Origin: Ministeria vibrans ATCC 50519 | Taxonomy: Eukaryota; Protista; Filasterea | DNA: 64,000 nt | Assembly (NCBI GenBank): GCA_943704425.1 | Contig: CALSCP010000738.1 | Location: forward strand, 59,972 to 123,971 | Direction: 5' to 3' | Shown: positions 36,155 through 49,800 of the stretch, piece by piece | Position numbering within the stretch: the first letter of the stretch is position 1 | Layout of the letters: the number at the start of each line of letters is the position of its first letter | Notes under the pieces: generated by a model | The model's database searches: none | Told to the model about the DNA's origin: nothing | What the model saw: the letters and a program-made list of their open reading frames with translations, nothing else | Position numbers and translations under genes: made by a program

Positions 36155-38818
36155 ATCTTCCTCTCTAACTCCGCTCTCCCCTTCTCCCCTTCTTCTCTGT
36201 ACTATATTCTCCTCGCCCACCCCCGGCCCCCTCGCAGACGACGAGCTTGCGGTACGAACGACCGATCTCCTCTCCTCTTTTTTTTTTTTTTTTCCCTTCT
36301 TTCCATAACAATGGACTCTCTGCTCCGCTCGTAGGTTCGACCTGAAGACGATCCACGTCATCTGTACCCTATTGGACGGTCCAAGGACGTCCTGACGGAC
36401 CTGTTTACGGACGAGAGCGTCGATGAACTTCACAAGGGCCAGGAGGTGTTCCTTCTGACAGGCGGCGCCAAGCCTGCTGTCAAGCCGTGCTTTGCCGTCG
36501 TGGACGAGTACAACCATCGCTTGTCGGTGTTTCCCGCCGGTAGCGAGAAGAAGCTCAAGAAGAAGAAGGCGGTAAGCGCGCACGCGAGCGAGAGAGAGAG
36601 AGAGAGAGAGAGTGAGTGAGTGAGTGAGAGTGAGACATTGATGACGAGACCGGTCGCGTTTCATATGGTGTGTATGTGTGTGTGTCTGCCCTCACCTCGT
36701 ATCGCATTCTTCTTTTTGTACCCATTCCCCTTCGGTGTTCTTTTGTTGCTGCCTGCAGGTGAGACCGCTGCTTCAAGTGTCCATTGGCAAATTGCGCGAA
36801 GTACGCGACTCGCACAACATCAACGTCCCCGAAAAGGTCCTTCAAAAGTCCAAGCTCGACTCTTCCTACGCCGATCGACTGATCGTCTGCGTGTATGGCT
36901 CCGGGGCCATTGAGCGCAGCTTTGTTCACTTTGTTGCACCCTCTGAAGGTCAGTTTTCATCAATGCATCCCTATGGGATGGGCTTTTCTCGTCTGAACCT
37001 CCAATTTCGGTACGTTTTTGTCGTTTTTTTTTTGTTTTGGGTTTTTTTTTTGTAGATGTTCGCAAAACGTGGACTACGGGCTTTCGCGCTCTCATTGGAG
37101 CGGCACAAGGGGCTCTGGACGCGACCTTGGCATTTTACAAGATCTCGTATCTGCACATGGAGGACAAGGAGCCTAACAAGATGCCGGTGAAGGCGCTGCT
37201 GCAGACGCTGGGCGCCACTTCAGCCAACGAGAAGGCAGAGTTGGTCGAGCGACTGCACGTGATGGGCATTGAGCTGAACCTTAAGAAGACCAAGACAATC
37301 AGCACAAGCGAATTGCCCTTTCGTCAATTTGTCACCCTTCAAAACGAAATGATGCACCGTGCCGACATTGCGGCCATCTTTCGTCGCCTATGCGCTGAGG
37401 CACCCGACAAGGATGCGACGCCCGCCGAGCGTCTGTCAGTTTTGTCGTTTGCTGCCTTCCTCACGAGTGAGCAAGGGCGCGAGAATGTTTCTAAGGACCA
37501 AGCGGCCGCGTTACTTGCGCTGTACAACCCCGACGCAGGCCAGACAGACTTGCTCACCCTTGACGGCTTTACCAACTACCTCTCGTCACGCGACAACCAC
37601 TACTACTCGCGCCGCATCAAGAATGTCTACCAGCCCATGAATCTGCCCTTGAGTCACTACTTTGTCGACTCCTCCCACAACACCTACTTGGCCGGCCATC
37701 AGCTCACCGGTGAGTCCACCGCCGAAATGTACATTCAGGTATCAAACAAACAAACAAAGAGAAAGGGGGAAGAAAGAAACAAAGTAATAGAGAGGAGATG
37801 ACTTTGATACTGTCCAAACAACACACAGGTTCTGCTGGAGGGCTGTCGGTGCGTCGAGATTGACTGCTGGGACGGACCTAACGGCGAAACCATTGTCACA
37901 CACGGCCACACACTCTGCACTTCGGTTCCCTTTGTCGATGTGCTGCGCGCAATCCACAAATACGCTTTTGTTACTTCGTATGCTCTGTTTTTCACAGCTC
38001 CAATTGTGTCAGCGCCTGATGTTTGTGTGTGTGTCTTTCTTTTTGTATTTTAGGCCCTATCCGGTTATTCTGTCGATTGAAAACCACTGTTCGATTCCTC
38101 AACAGGACTTTATGGCGGCCAAGTTCAAAGAGCTGTTGGGAGAGTATCTGCTCGATTCTGTTCTCGATCGGGTACGTATAGCAAAGCAGCGAGAGAAGGG
38201 AGAGAGACCGAACGGTTTTAATTGCCGGTCAATTAAACCGTGCGCTTCGCTTTTTATTTCTCTAGGACAAAACTTGGGATGGAATCAGTCCCAATTTGCC
38301 CTCACCGGAGCAACTCAAGTTCAAAGTATGTCACCCCTTTTTGTTCCATTTTTTCCAATAATAAGTGCCCATTGTGAAGTACACTCAAAACGTCTTTGCA
38401 CTGAATTCTAGATTCTAGTCAAGAACAAGAAGCGACCGGAAGAGAATGCGACAGCGCTGGCGAGCACGCCGATTGTGGAGATCACCGAGCAGCTGCAGAA
38501 GGATGCAGCCAAGTTCAACTCGGACGGGTCGACGCCGGACGGGTCACAAACATCGCTTGCCACGGTGGCGACGGAGGAAAGCCTTTTGGCACTCGATGAG
38601 AAGTCATCCCCTGACATTGGGTACCCAAAAGTTTTTTTTTTTTTTTCAGGGGTGCTAAATGTACTTGTCTCGTATTTGATTTGTTACGCAGGGGCTACAA
38701 TCAGGCGGTGATTGCTGAGCTGCCGAAGAATGTGCGCGAGCGGGCGATGACTCACGAAGGAGCCATGTCCGGCAAGAACATCTCACCCAAACTCAGTGCC
38801 CTTGTTATCTACACTGAG
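35919..38818 (+). CDS. Phosphoinositide phospholipase C (PH, EF-like, X domain); Y and C2 domains not found
   Basis: [62 protein letters not shown]. Last recognisable exon ends LSALVIYTE. Confidence 0.9.
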
Positions 38819-38872
38819 GTACAATATGCCGTTGTTTTAGTTTTGCACGTCTCTGATTCATTGTGTGTGCGT

Positions 38873-38906
<34 letters not shown>

Positions 38907-39175
38907 TGGTTTTCGTTGGGCTAGTCGTGAAGTTTCATCCATGCACGGCATTGTATGCATGCAGCTGGCATTGGATAGACCGCGTGTGGCGATTAGAGTT
39001 CATTTTTCATTTGTATGAATGTCGATTTCAATGATTCGTTTTTGCGCACTGAAGAGCACTCCACCGACTCTTTCGCGCGCGTCTGGGTGTCCTCTAGTCA
39101 TTGATCCTCTCCCCCCTCCCCAGCCTGACCACTCGCAGACTCCGTTCTGCCCGACACTAGCGGGGAATTGGGTGT

Positions 39176-40288
39176 TTATTGACTGTGGCGCACAAACTCC
39201 TCGACCAGCAGCGTATCGTCGGCGGTCCTTCTGCGATCGATGACGCCCTTCTCAGTGATGATGGCGGTGATGAGTGCGGCGGGGGTCACGTCAAAGGCGG
39301 GGTTCCACACGGGCACACCTTCGGCTGCAATGCGTGTGCCAGCGATGCACGTAAGCTCTTGCGCCTTGCGCTGTTCAATGACAATGGATGCGCCACTTTC
39401 AAGGTGGAGATCGATGGAGGTAATCGGGGCAGCGACAAGAAAGGGCACGCCAAAGTGGTGTGCTGCAATGGCCAGTTGCAGTGTGCCAATCTTGTTCGCG
39501 GTGTCACCGTTGGCCGCCACTCGATCGGCCCCGACCACCACGGCCGACACGGTTCGCTGTTGCATCAGTGCACTGGCCATCGAGTCGGCAATGAGACAGC
39601 AGGGAATTTCCTCAAAGACAAGCTCGTAGGCGGTCAGGCGCGCTCCCTGACAGTACGGTCGAGTCTCCGTGTGGTAGGCGCACTCGAGGCGCTCTTGGCT
39701 GTGCAGGGCACGAATGACGCCCAAGGCTGTGCCGTAGCCGGCGGTCGCTAGTGATCCGGTGTTGCAGTGGGTGAGCACGTTGAGTTTGGCTGAGGACAGC
39801 GGCGCCTGCTGTGTCGCTGCATGGCGCGCGAGAATGAACGCCGCGCCGTGCTTCCCAATGGCACGGTTGTCATTCACGTCGGCGACCAGCATGTTCTCGC
39901 AGTACGCTACAATGCCGTCAAAGACCGCGGCCGGGGTGGCGTCGTCGGCGCTTGCCAGTTGCCTGGCGAGTGCCTCGATTTCGTCTGCGGCGCGAAACAA
40001 GTTGACGGCAGTCGGTCGCGACGTCTTCAAGTACTCCATGCGGTCGACGACAAGGCTGGCAGCAGACGCAGCAGTCGATACGGCGTCACGCTTGGCTCCG
40101 ATTTCAACAGCAAGCGACAGGGCGGCCACAATGGCAATGGCCGGCGCCCCACGCACTTGCATGTCGCGAATCACTTGCCACCCGTCCTGCGTGTGCTTCA
40201 CCGCCACATACACACTCTCATGCGGCAGCTTCAGTTGATCCAGGATCTCCAGCGAGCCCCGTTCGTACTTGATGGCGAGCAGAGTCAT
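39176..40288 (-). CDS. MRI1: Methylthioribose-1-phosphate isomerase, intronless
   Basis: [72 protein letters not shown]. Confidence 0.97.
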   Translation of the reverse strand: MTLLAIKYERGSLEILDQLKLPHESVYVAVKHTQDGWQVIRDMQVRGAPAIAIVAALSLAVEIGAKRDAVSTAASAASLVVDRMEYLKTSRPTAVNLFRAADEIEALARQLASADDATPAAVFDGIVAYCENMLVADVNDNRAIGKHGAAFILARHAATQQAPLSSAKLNVLTHCNTGSLATAGYGTALGVIRALHSQERLECAYHTETRPYCQGARLTAYELVFEEIPCCLIADSMASALMQQRTVSAVVVGADRVAANGDTANKIGTLQLAIAAHHFGVPFLVAAPITSIDLHLESGASIVIEQRKAQELTCIAGTRIAAEGVPVWNPAFDVTPAALITAIITEKGVIDRRRTADDTLLVEEFVRHSQ

Positions 40289-40414
40289 TGGATAAAGGAC
40301 GGAAAGTGAAAAGCAAGTGAGTGCCGAATACGCCGATTTTTTTTATCTTTTCACTGTCCAGAATCTATATCTCTTTCTCTTTTTTTGATTGCTCTCCTTA
40401 TTTGTTGTTGTGAT

Positions 40415-41228
40415 ATGCTTCGTCTGGCAGCAGAGGGGCGCGTGTGGGCTCTCGCCCGGCCTGTTGCGCTTGCATCGCGCGCTCTGTCCACTTCAAGAGC
40501 TGCTCACAACGAAGCAACGCACGAAGTGCCTCTGGACACCTGCCCGTCCATTCTCACCCCAGTCCACACCCCCCTTGTCAACAAGAAGCGTGTCCTGGTG
40601 CCCCCTGCTCCTCGTAAGGGGGTTTTATGTGAAAAAAAACGTCTTTTCGTCATTCAGTCGCTCTCTTCGCCTCTCAAAGCCTCACCGCACCTGTTCATAC
40701 GGCGTTTGTCTACTTCACGCGCGACCGTCGTGTGTGTTTGTTTTGGACAAACGGCCCAAAAAAACTGTTTTCTCGATTCTCTCTATCTCACACACACGCA
40801 CACACTCACACACGTGCCTCCTTGTAGCGAACATGTCCGGCCGGCTGTTTCTGCAGCTGATTGGGCCTGAAGCGGTGCAGCAAGCAAAGCACTTTGAGTG
40901 CTGGGAGGACATTTTCTCGGCGTACGCACAGTGTCGCGTTCCCTTCGCGCTCCTGACCCCGCCGTCTCCGTAGATCACTGCACGACATGAAAGAAAAGGG
41001 CATTCCCGTACCGGCAAGACGGAAAATCCGCAAAGCCTGCGGACACTATCGGTAACAGTTTCAGTGTGACAGCACTCATCATCGTCATCATCGTTGTTGC
41101 CTCTCCTTAGGTTATATGGCGAATTGCCATTGCCACCCAAGCCGCGAAAGATGAAGCAAACATGGGATCCACTGGAGGTGCTCAAGAGGAAGCAGCTCAG
41201 GATCTTTGGACAGATTGTTCGTCGCTGA
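40415..41228 (+). CDS. Mitochondrial IGR-motif protein (mS41/Fyv4-like)
   Basis: Arg/Ala/Ser-rich transit peptide; spliced FLQLIGPEAVQQAKHFECWEDIFS..SLHDMKEKGIPVPARRKI matches the IGR-domain pattern. Confidence 0.75.
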
Positions 41229-41274
41229 GAACAATTCTTATTCTTGCAAAAGAAGTGTACAATTCGTTTTTTTT

Positions 41275-44200
41275 TTATTCTTTTCTTTTTACATGTTCGG
41301 ATGGAGCAGTGGCCGTCATGAGCATCTCGTTGCGTTTGTGGCGGGGGTCATCACGCAGCGTGAATCTTGCGAGCGAGAAGGCCTGGCGCGCCCGCTCCAG
41401 CACCACTTCACCTTTGGTCTCCTCGGCAATCTCATTGAAGAACTGTGTGTGCATATTCGTTCGTGGAAGTGAGTGAATGTGTGTGGGGGTACGTGTAGGT
41501 GGGTGTGCTCTATATACCTTAAGAATGTGCTCAAACGACATACGGTTGTCGAGAATGACATCGCGGTAGATGTCAAGGATGGCATAGGCAATGTACACAT
41601 GGAACTGTGGCCCACCGCAGCCACTCCAGATAGCCTCCCACACGCGAAAGACCCCTGCATAGTCAAACTCACGCTTGAAGAGCAGCAGAAACCATCGGTA
41701 GCAGAAGTACATGTGTGATGCATTCACACTCGCCAGGTGCGCCTCGAGCGGTGCGTCGAGCGCCATAAGCAGTGTCCGCATCATGGACAGTTGTTGGGAT
41801 ATTGCAACCTGACAAGGGAGAGAGAAAAAAAAGGTGAGTGTGTGTGATAGAGTGACGAGAAGAGAATGTGAGAAAGCGAGTGAAAATGTGGACATCAATT
41901 AATTATAATAAATATAAAAAACCAAACAAGGCACGAACAACTTACTTGATCACGATCAAAATTGCCCTTCATACGTCGCATGAGTGCCACAAAGGCCCAG
42001 AAGACGTCCACTTCATTGTCCATGACGGCCAAGAGAGGCGCCAGATAGTCACACATCCCTTGTACATACCCAAATTCAAGATTCTCATGCACATAAATCG
42101 TAATCACATTGCGCAGTCGGTCTGTGTTGGCTGTCCCTCCATCGCCCGCAAATGTCCTTTGCGTGCGGTCCGTCCGCTGTACATCCTTCTCAATGCGTCG
42201 TAGTTGCTCACCAAACCCTTCATCGTCAGACACATTGCCCGTCTCATCCTCTTGTTCCGCCACTTCGTCTTCTCCCCCTTCCTTCTCCTTCGTCTTCTTC
42301 ACCCGACTGCGACGCTGTCCACCACTCTCAGCAGCTATTCGCACACCCTGACCCAACGACAGCTCATCGCGCGTCGCCGGACACCGCGCAAGCACTTCCG
42401 CACGCGCCGATGCCTTCATTCCAGCGTAACTCGACGCCCGTGACACATCCAGCGCCCGTCGCTCGTCCGTCCGACTCCCAAACGCATACAGTCCAAGAAA
42501 AAACTTCCACACCACCGCACGCAATGAAGACTCACACCCTCCCGCATACACATACAGACGTGCCTCCATCTCATCGCGACAGCACCCGTCCGCGTCAAAC
42601 AGTCCCTCCCAGATTTCTCGTGTCAGACCGCAGCGGTGTCGCTTGCTCACCCGACAGTCCCCAAGCATTCGTTGCATGGGCGATGGAGACGACACGGTCT
42701 CCCTACGAAACAAAACGAAACAAGTGTTAAAAATAATACTATTGTAGGTGCTGCAACCTCCCTCTCTTCCTTTTCTCTTACCCTGCTTCTTCGATCATTC
42801 TGAGTGCCAATCGTTGTGAGACTACTCTCTTGGTGTGGTTGTGCCACAGAAGAAATTTGTCACGCTTGATGTTCTCAATGAGGCTCTTGCTTGAGTCACT
42901 TGCTTCTCCTCGCCGACCTCGCAGCCGATCCGCAAGCGACTGTGGTGGAGCTGCTGCTGGCTCCTGTTCCATGGGAGACGACGCGCTGGCCGAGAAAATG
43001 TACGACGATGAGGTGGATGTGGTCGATGACGAGCGAGAGGGCTCCGCGTGCGCCTCGGGCATGGCTGAGACATGACCGCGTGGAGCAATGCGCGTGAAGA
43101 AAGGCGAGTCCGACTGGTAAGGCACTACGTCGAGAGGCTGCTGCTGAATCTGTTGTTGGATGTCGATGGCCACCTCGCCTGCGAGCATGGCCATTTTCTC
43201 CTTCTTGAGCTGCTGCGCCCCTTGCTGACCATCTTCCCCTTGTTCGTGCTGCTTGCCAATAATAAACATATTCGTCATAATGTCGCGCACACATGTCACC
43301 TGCGTCGTCTCGCCAATGGCCGCCACCAGCTGCGACGCACCACCGTTGAGCAGGTACAAGTCGGGCCAGCGACCACCGTCTGCCAACATCACCGACACGA
43401 GCTCCTCCTCCGACGTCCGTCCCCTCCGCTGCTGCCGTCTTCGACACGAACTACCGCCATTCCCCTCGCTACTGCCATTGTCGTCGTCGTCGTCGTCGTC
43501 GTGGTCACCGGTGTGGTCCTCGTGACCGTCAATGGTTCCGTCGCTGCTGTCATCGCTCACATCACCGTACACGCGTCGGTAGCTGTGCGAATCGGGTCCT
43601 GCACACTCACTCCCGGTGCCCTTGCGTCCAGCATGTACACTCTCCGACGAGTAGTGGATGTGCCAAATGTCATCGATCGCCACTTCAACCACTCGACGCG
43701 GGTCAAACTCATCCCTCGCCATCATCATCGTTGTCGCAACAGATGCACTCTCTGTCGCTGTCGCAGTGGACGGCTCACCGTCATTGCCAATAAGAGCGTA
43801 CGGGGTAAAGCGTAGTACGGCGCGTTCAGCAAGCTTGTGTAGGCTGAGATAGCCGCGCACGCACGTCTCCGCACGCCCCACAACGAGGTGCATACAGGCG
43901 TTGTTCTTGGCAAAGAGAAGCTGTGTCGCGCGACTATGCAGGTACGTGTCGAGTAGTGAGGTAGATGACGGTGAGCTCAACTGTCCGTACGAACGCGCCT
44001 CGTGCATGCTTTCCCGCTGCTGCTTCTTCTGTTGTTGTTGTTGTTGTTGTTCTTGTTTGTGCTGCTGCGAGTTTGACACACTGGACGTACCACTGAAACT
44101 GCGGCCGCTGTTGCCATTCTCGACTTTGCTGGCGTCGCTACCGTACCGATGAAATCGTTGACGATTAATGAGCTCTTGCGCCGAGAAATCTCCAGTAGCC

Positions 44201-44966
44201 GCACCGAGGAGCTGTTCGGCAGGCAGGCGAGAGAAGTCGACGACTCGTACGCCGTCGAGCAGACCCACAAAGATGTCAAAGTCAGCCGAGTGCCGCACGA
44301 GCGCCCACGGTTCGTAGCGCGCCTCAATTGCGCTCACCACACGTGGATGGTCCAACAACCGCAGACACTCACCAAGGAACTTGCGCTTCATCAGGGCGCG
44401 AATGAGCAGCGCAACGCGCTCTGTGTCAGTGCCACTCGCAATGCGCGCACTTGCAAAGTCCTCTTCGGTCGCGGGCGGACACAGCGGCTCAATGAGCTGC
44501 ATCACGTCAAAGAGACACCGTTGCTGCGACACACAGGAAGGGGCAAGGGTCAGAAGCGACACAGCGCCCGCTCGTCCACCCTTTCGTTTTTGTCTCCTAC
44601 CTGAGTTGCCGCAAAGAGAAACAAAAACCGTTTGTGCGTGTACAAAAGCCCATTGAGCAGAATAGCCACGACCGAACGCACCACAGTACGCGTCGACGCG
44701 GCGTCGTAGTACACACACCGCTTCAGAGTCGCTTCCTCAAGAAGGGCCTGCGTTTCAAAACGACAAAATGGGTTTCTTTCAGTCGCAATTACAACAAAAA
44801 ATGGAAATAAAAACTCTCTCGCCACCTTCACTGCATGCTTGAGGTTCGCAAGCAATAGACCACGTTCTACGGGTCGAAAGGGGAGTGTGAAGAAGGAGAA
44901 TGGAAGAGTGAAAAGAGAATTCGCTTTGTGCTTTGTGCTACCCTGCGTCGCATTCGATCGCTGCAT
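41275..44966 (-). CDS. Small G protein signalling modulator SGSM1/2-like (RUN + PH-like + TBC Rab-GAP)
   Basis: LLANLKHAVK.LLEEA N-terminus; RUN-like LIRALMKRKFL; LLFAKNN; TBC IEKDVQRTDR, YVQGMCD, YFCYRWFLLLFKREF. Confidence 0.9.
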
Positions 44967-45357
44967 CACACTGATCACAGGCACTCGAGGGACTCGCCGA
45001 TGAAAGCTCAGAAAAAAGGTGGAGGAATTTAGAATCTATGGGGGTAATTGATAAAAATATGATTATTATTTGATCTTTTCTTTCCATTAACCAGATAAGT
45101 CTCAGTCTAGAGCATCCAAATGCAAAGCCAATCCGACAAACAGTCATTCAATACAGCACACGCTGCAGTGTGGACGAATAAGTAATAGCGGCTGTTCTCT
45201 GATTTCACACACAGACAATTTCGGAGAAGTCATCGATCATGATCGAGTTTCTTGCTGTAGCGTCTAATTTATTCTGATTCACGTTGACCGTTGTACAGCC
45301 TGCATGTCTCTGTTTGTGTCTCAACGTTCTTTGTGTACAGTACAATTTTCATTTTCT

Positions 45358-46524
45358 TCAATACGGTCTTCTCCCTTTGCCCTTGGGCTCGCGCCCCATC
45401 TTGCCACTGTCGCTCGAGAGGGCCGGAGAGCCACTCTGATGGCGAGTGTTCGACGAAGAAGGGTCGTCAAACTCCCAACGACAAACGGTGGAGTCTTCGG
45501 CACCCGTGAAGAGGACATGGTCGTGCCAGGCGAAGCAGCGCGTGGGCGCTGTGTGTACGGGCACGGGGATGTTGGTCTCCACATCGACTGTTGCAAGCCC
45601 ACCGGCGACGGTTAGCTGATCCACGTTGACATAGAGCAGGCTCAGATCGCCACCCGTGTCGCAGACGGCGTACAGGTGGCCCGACGGCGCGTCAAAGTGA
45701 CACCCGAGGCAGTGAGTCGACGAGCGGAAGTCGGCTGAATCGTCATTACTAATAAGAAAATCGGCACCCATCGCCGTCGAGGGAGCGCCCGCCGTTGCCT
45801 GAATCACGCTCAGACGCGCCCCCAGCTGAGATGCTTCGTGTGCGTCAAAAAGCACAATCTGTTGGTCGTGTGTGTGTGTGGCGAGGTACTCGCCGCTGCG
45901 CCCAAACCACGAAAGATGCTCGACACTCGATTCGCAATTGAGTACACTCAAATAAGCGGCGTCCTCGTCCGTCTCGGTGGTGTCCAGCACACAGACGAGT
46001 CCGTCCATGCCGGCAGTCGCAAGAACGTTGGGTTGCGTCGCGTGAAACGCCACTTGCGTCACATCGTCAGTGTGCGCCTCGGAGTACACCCGCAGCGCCT
46101 TGGTCGGATTGCGCATGTCAAAGAGCGACACGGCCGCGTCGCAGTCGCCAAACTGCTCGGTGCCGCTCGCGAGAGACACAGGCATCGTGCCGACCGTCGA
46201 CGCGCCCAGCGCCACACTGCACAGCGCCCCACGCAGCGCACGCGGACGCCCTGCCTTGATCGACACCGCTCCACTGCGCATGTCAAACACTTCAACAACG
46301 TCGGCTGTCGCCACGGCGGCCGTCGAGCCGCTCACGGCCAAGGCAGTTGCGTTGCCCGTCGTCTCCAGCCGCCCGCTGAATCGCATCGAACTCGCGTCGT
46401 ACGCCTTCACTCGCGCATCCGATCCACGCGTGTACAGTGCCCCGTCCCCAAGGCTACACTCCAGAACGTACGTTTCGTCCGTCGCTACCGCGTTGTACGC
46501 CACGCGTTCCCTCAGTCGCCACAT
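45358..46524 (-). CDS. WDR89: WD repeat protein 89-like, intronless
   Basis: YSEAHTDDVTQVAFH...LATAGMDGLVCVLD...DEDAA; TGAEDSTVCRW. Confidence 0.8.
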   Translation of the reverse strand: MWRLRERVAYNAVATDETYVLECSLGDGALYTRGSDARVKAYDASSMRFSGRLETTGNATALAVSGSTAAVATADVVEVFDMRSGAVSIKAGRPRALRGALCSVALGASTVGTMPVSLASGTEQFGDCDAAVSLFDMRNPTKALRVYSEAHTDDVTQVAFHATQPNVLATAGMDGLVCVLDTTETDEDAAYLSVLNCESSVEHLSWFGRSGEYLATHTHDQQIVLFDAHEASQLGARLSVIQATAGAPSTAMGADFLISNDDSADFRSSTHCLGCHFDAPSGHLYAVCDTGGDLSLLYVNVDQLTVAGGLATVDVETNIPVPVHTAPTRCFAWHDHVLFTGAEDSTVCRWEFDDPSSSNTRHQSGSPALSSDSGKMGREPKGKGRRPY

Positions 46525-46817
46525 CCAAAAAGAACTCTGAATAATCAAATATCAATGGACAATGATGATGATACTTAATCAATTCTTCAAGATCCGAATT
46601 CGAGGAGCCTTTTGCGCTTGGTGGAAAGGTGGAGTACTCAAAGTCTCAAACCAGAGTTACCAAACCAACCTCCGTATTCAGTACCGCTGAGAGAACTTCC
46701 ATTTCTGCTCGTCTGATCTCCTATTCGTGAATTATTTTTCAAAAAAAATAATATTAAAAAACGAAAAATCAAAAAAAAAACCTCCCTTATTCTTCTTTGT
46801 TTTGCAAGACACCCATC

Positions 46818-49800
46818 ATGTCCTCTGGGGGATTCAGGCCTCCGCCTCCGGGCCAGCAGCAGTTCGCGCCGCAGCCGCCTCAGCAACGACCTCCTTTTTC
46901 TTCGGGCGCCCCACCGCCGCAAATGGCGATGCCACGGCAGCCTGGCGGACCGGCGGGTGCGCCACGTCCGGCTATGCCCATGCAGCGGCCGCCGCAGCAG
47001 CAGCCGATGGGCGCTCCAGGCGGATTCCAGCCACATCCTCAAATGACATCGCAGCAGCCTGGCGCTCCGCATCAGCAGCGTCCTCCCCTCCACGGCCAGA
47101 TGCCACTCCACCCGGGGCAAGACTTTCCGCCCCGCCCGGGCCAGCCGCGTCCGATGGCGCCAACCGCTGGCGTGCCACCGCCAGCGCAACAGTTTGTGTC
47201 CAGATCGCAAATGCCCTCGCAACTGCCAGCACACGCCCAGCAGAGCCCACCAATGCCCTCAGGTCCCGCTATGGGGTCGCCTCCACAGCCTCACCTTAGC
47301 GGCCCAGCGCCACAGGCGTCCTTTGGTGCTCCTCGACCGCCACAGCCACAGCAAATTGCACCATCGACAAATCCTTCGCAATTCGCCGCACCGCAACCCG
47401 CCTCGGGCGCACTCCCACCCGCTTCTGGCGCCCCACAGGGAGCTCCACCTCCCAGCGCTCCTCTCTCCAGCACCAACATGAAAAAACGTCGCGTTTATCC
47501 CGGTCAAGCGCCGCCCTCCGACTTGCCGCAGCAGCCACAACAGCAGCAGCAATATGCTCAAGATCAGCCTGCCACCGCTCCTTTACAGCCCTCGCAGCCT
47601 CAACACTCGGCGACAATGCAACCACCTTACTCGGGTGCCTTCAACCCAGGCCAGGCGCAGCCCCCTCAGCAACAATACATTCAGCGTCCAGGCCCTGGCG
47701 CTGCTGTCCCACCACGACCACCCATGCAGCAGCACCAACAGCAGCAACCAGGTCAACCTCCTTTACCGTCACAGCAGCAGCAGCAGCAGCCGCCACCGAC
47801 TTCGATACAGCCCGGCGGACAGCAAGTGTCGCCCGGTGGCAACGTGCAGCGTCCCAAGACACGCATTGACCCTGACATGATCCCTTCACCCGTGCAGGTC
47901 ATGGAAACCGACCAGCGCTCCCAGTTCTCCAAACCCTACAGCACCAACACGGCGTACGCCACCGACGACGTCCGTCCCGTGCCCCCACTTGCTTCGTCCG
48001 TCTTCACTGCCGTCGACGAGGGCAACGCCAATCCCCGTTTCATCCGCATGACTCTAAACTGCGTGCCCCAGACCCCTCAACTCCAAAAATCCTCCCACGT
48101 TCCCCTTGCTGCCGTCATCCAGCCCCTTGCCGAGCTTTCACCAGGTAATAAAGAGAAAGAAGATAGAGAGAAGAGAAGAGAAGAGAAAGAAAGCAAAAAG
48201 AAAAAAGAAAATTGAAAGAAAGAAAGAAAGAAACGTAATATTTTTTTGTATTTATTCTTATACTAACTCACTCCCAACTTATTTTCGTCAGACGAGAAGC
48301 AAATTCAACTGGTGGACTTGCCCAATGGCCCTGTGCGCTGCAACCGTTGCAAGGCCTACGTGAACCCATACATGGCGTTTGTCGACGGCGGTCGTCGCTT
48401 TAACTGCAACATATGCTTCCACAGCAACGAGTGCCCTGAGAACTACTTCTGCAACCTCGACCATGCTGCCCGTCGCCACGACATCTACGAGCGTCCCGAG
48501 CTCCTCCATGGCTCAATCGAGTTTGCTGCCACAAAGGAGTTTTGTCTGCGCGACCCCAAGCCGCCCGCCTATGTCTTTGCCATTGATGTCTCCTACGCGG
48601 TACGACTTATATTATACGTCTTTTCATTTGACTCATTCTTGCAATATAACAATAATACTAAAAATTTAAAAATAATAATAATAATTACTTATTATTGTTT
48701 GTTTTTAGTCGTTAAAATCGGGTGTGATCAATGCCGTCTCGCGCACCATTGAGCGTCTGCTCGACTCGTTTCCGCGTCCGTCCGCTCAAGAGCCATCGCC
48801 CGTGCGCATCGGGCTCGTCACATACGACAAGGACGTCCACTTCTACAACCTCTCGCCGCGACTTACACAACCCCAGATGATGGTCATCTCTGACATTGAC
48901 GACGTTTTTGTGCCCCTTCACGATGGCTTCCTCGTCAACATCGAAGAGTCACGGTATGAAAAAAAAAAAAAACTTTCTGTCGTCTTTCACAACACTCGGC
49001 GTATGTATAATTCGGATTATTCTATCTTTAGGTCTCTCATTGAAGCGCTTCTGCAGCAATTGCCAGTGATGTTTGAAGACACGCGCGAGACCGAAGTGGC
49101 AATGGGCGCAGCAGTGCGCGCAGCCGCAATGGCAATGAAGGTATCGCACGCATTTACTCGCCCACTTAACTCACACTCACTCGCACACACTTTTTTCTTT
49201 TCTTATTTATTATCTCTCTTTTAGGAGTGCGGTGGAAAGCTTTTTGTGTTTCAATGTGAACTGCCGTCGTTGGGTCCGGGGAAACTGAAGAACCGCGAAG
49301 ACAACAAGTTGCTGGGCACCGACAAGGAAAACACATTGTTCCAAGAGCAGGATGCCTTCTACTCCAAACTGGGAGAGGCCTGTGTTGGCTATGGGGTCTC
49401 GGTGGATCTCTTTCTTTTCCCCCACGCCTCGTACACCGACGTGGCGACGCTGAGCGAGCTTGCACGTGTCACAGCCGGTGAAGTACGTCTCTATCGCAAG
49501 TTTCTCTGTCAGATGGACGAAGAGCGCTTTGCCGGCGATCTGGGTCGTCATATCACGCGCACCACTGGCTTTGATGCTGTCCTCAGAGTTCGCGCAAGCA
49601 CCGGTAACTGTTCACAAAATTCTTTTTTGACCTGTCGTTTTCTGACTTATCTGCCCCCTTTTTTTTACAGGTCTTCGTGCAGTCAAACACCACGGAAACT
49701 TCTTCACCCGCAACGTGACGGACATTGAGATGGCGGCTGTCGACTGCGACGCAGCTCTCGGTGTCCTCTTTGACTACGACGACAAGTTGCCCATCAACGA

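Noticed and set aside
38874-40288. MRI1 as a retrocopy (intronless with a downstream poly-A)
   Set aside because: Poly-T/A tracts are common here, other genes are also intronless, no target-site duplication is seen, and the PLC does not resume on the far side.
45233-45246. 14-bp perfect palindrome TCGATCATGATCGA
   Set aside because: A single occurrence; a few palindromes of this length are expected by chance in 64 kb.
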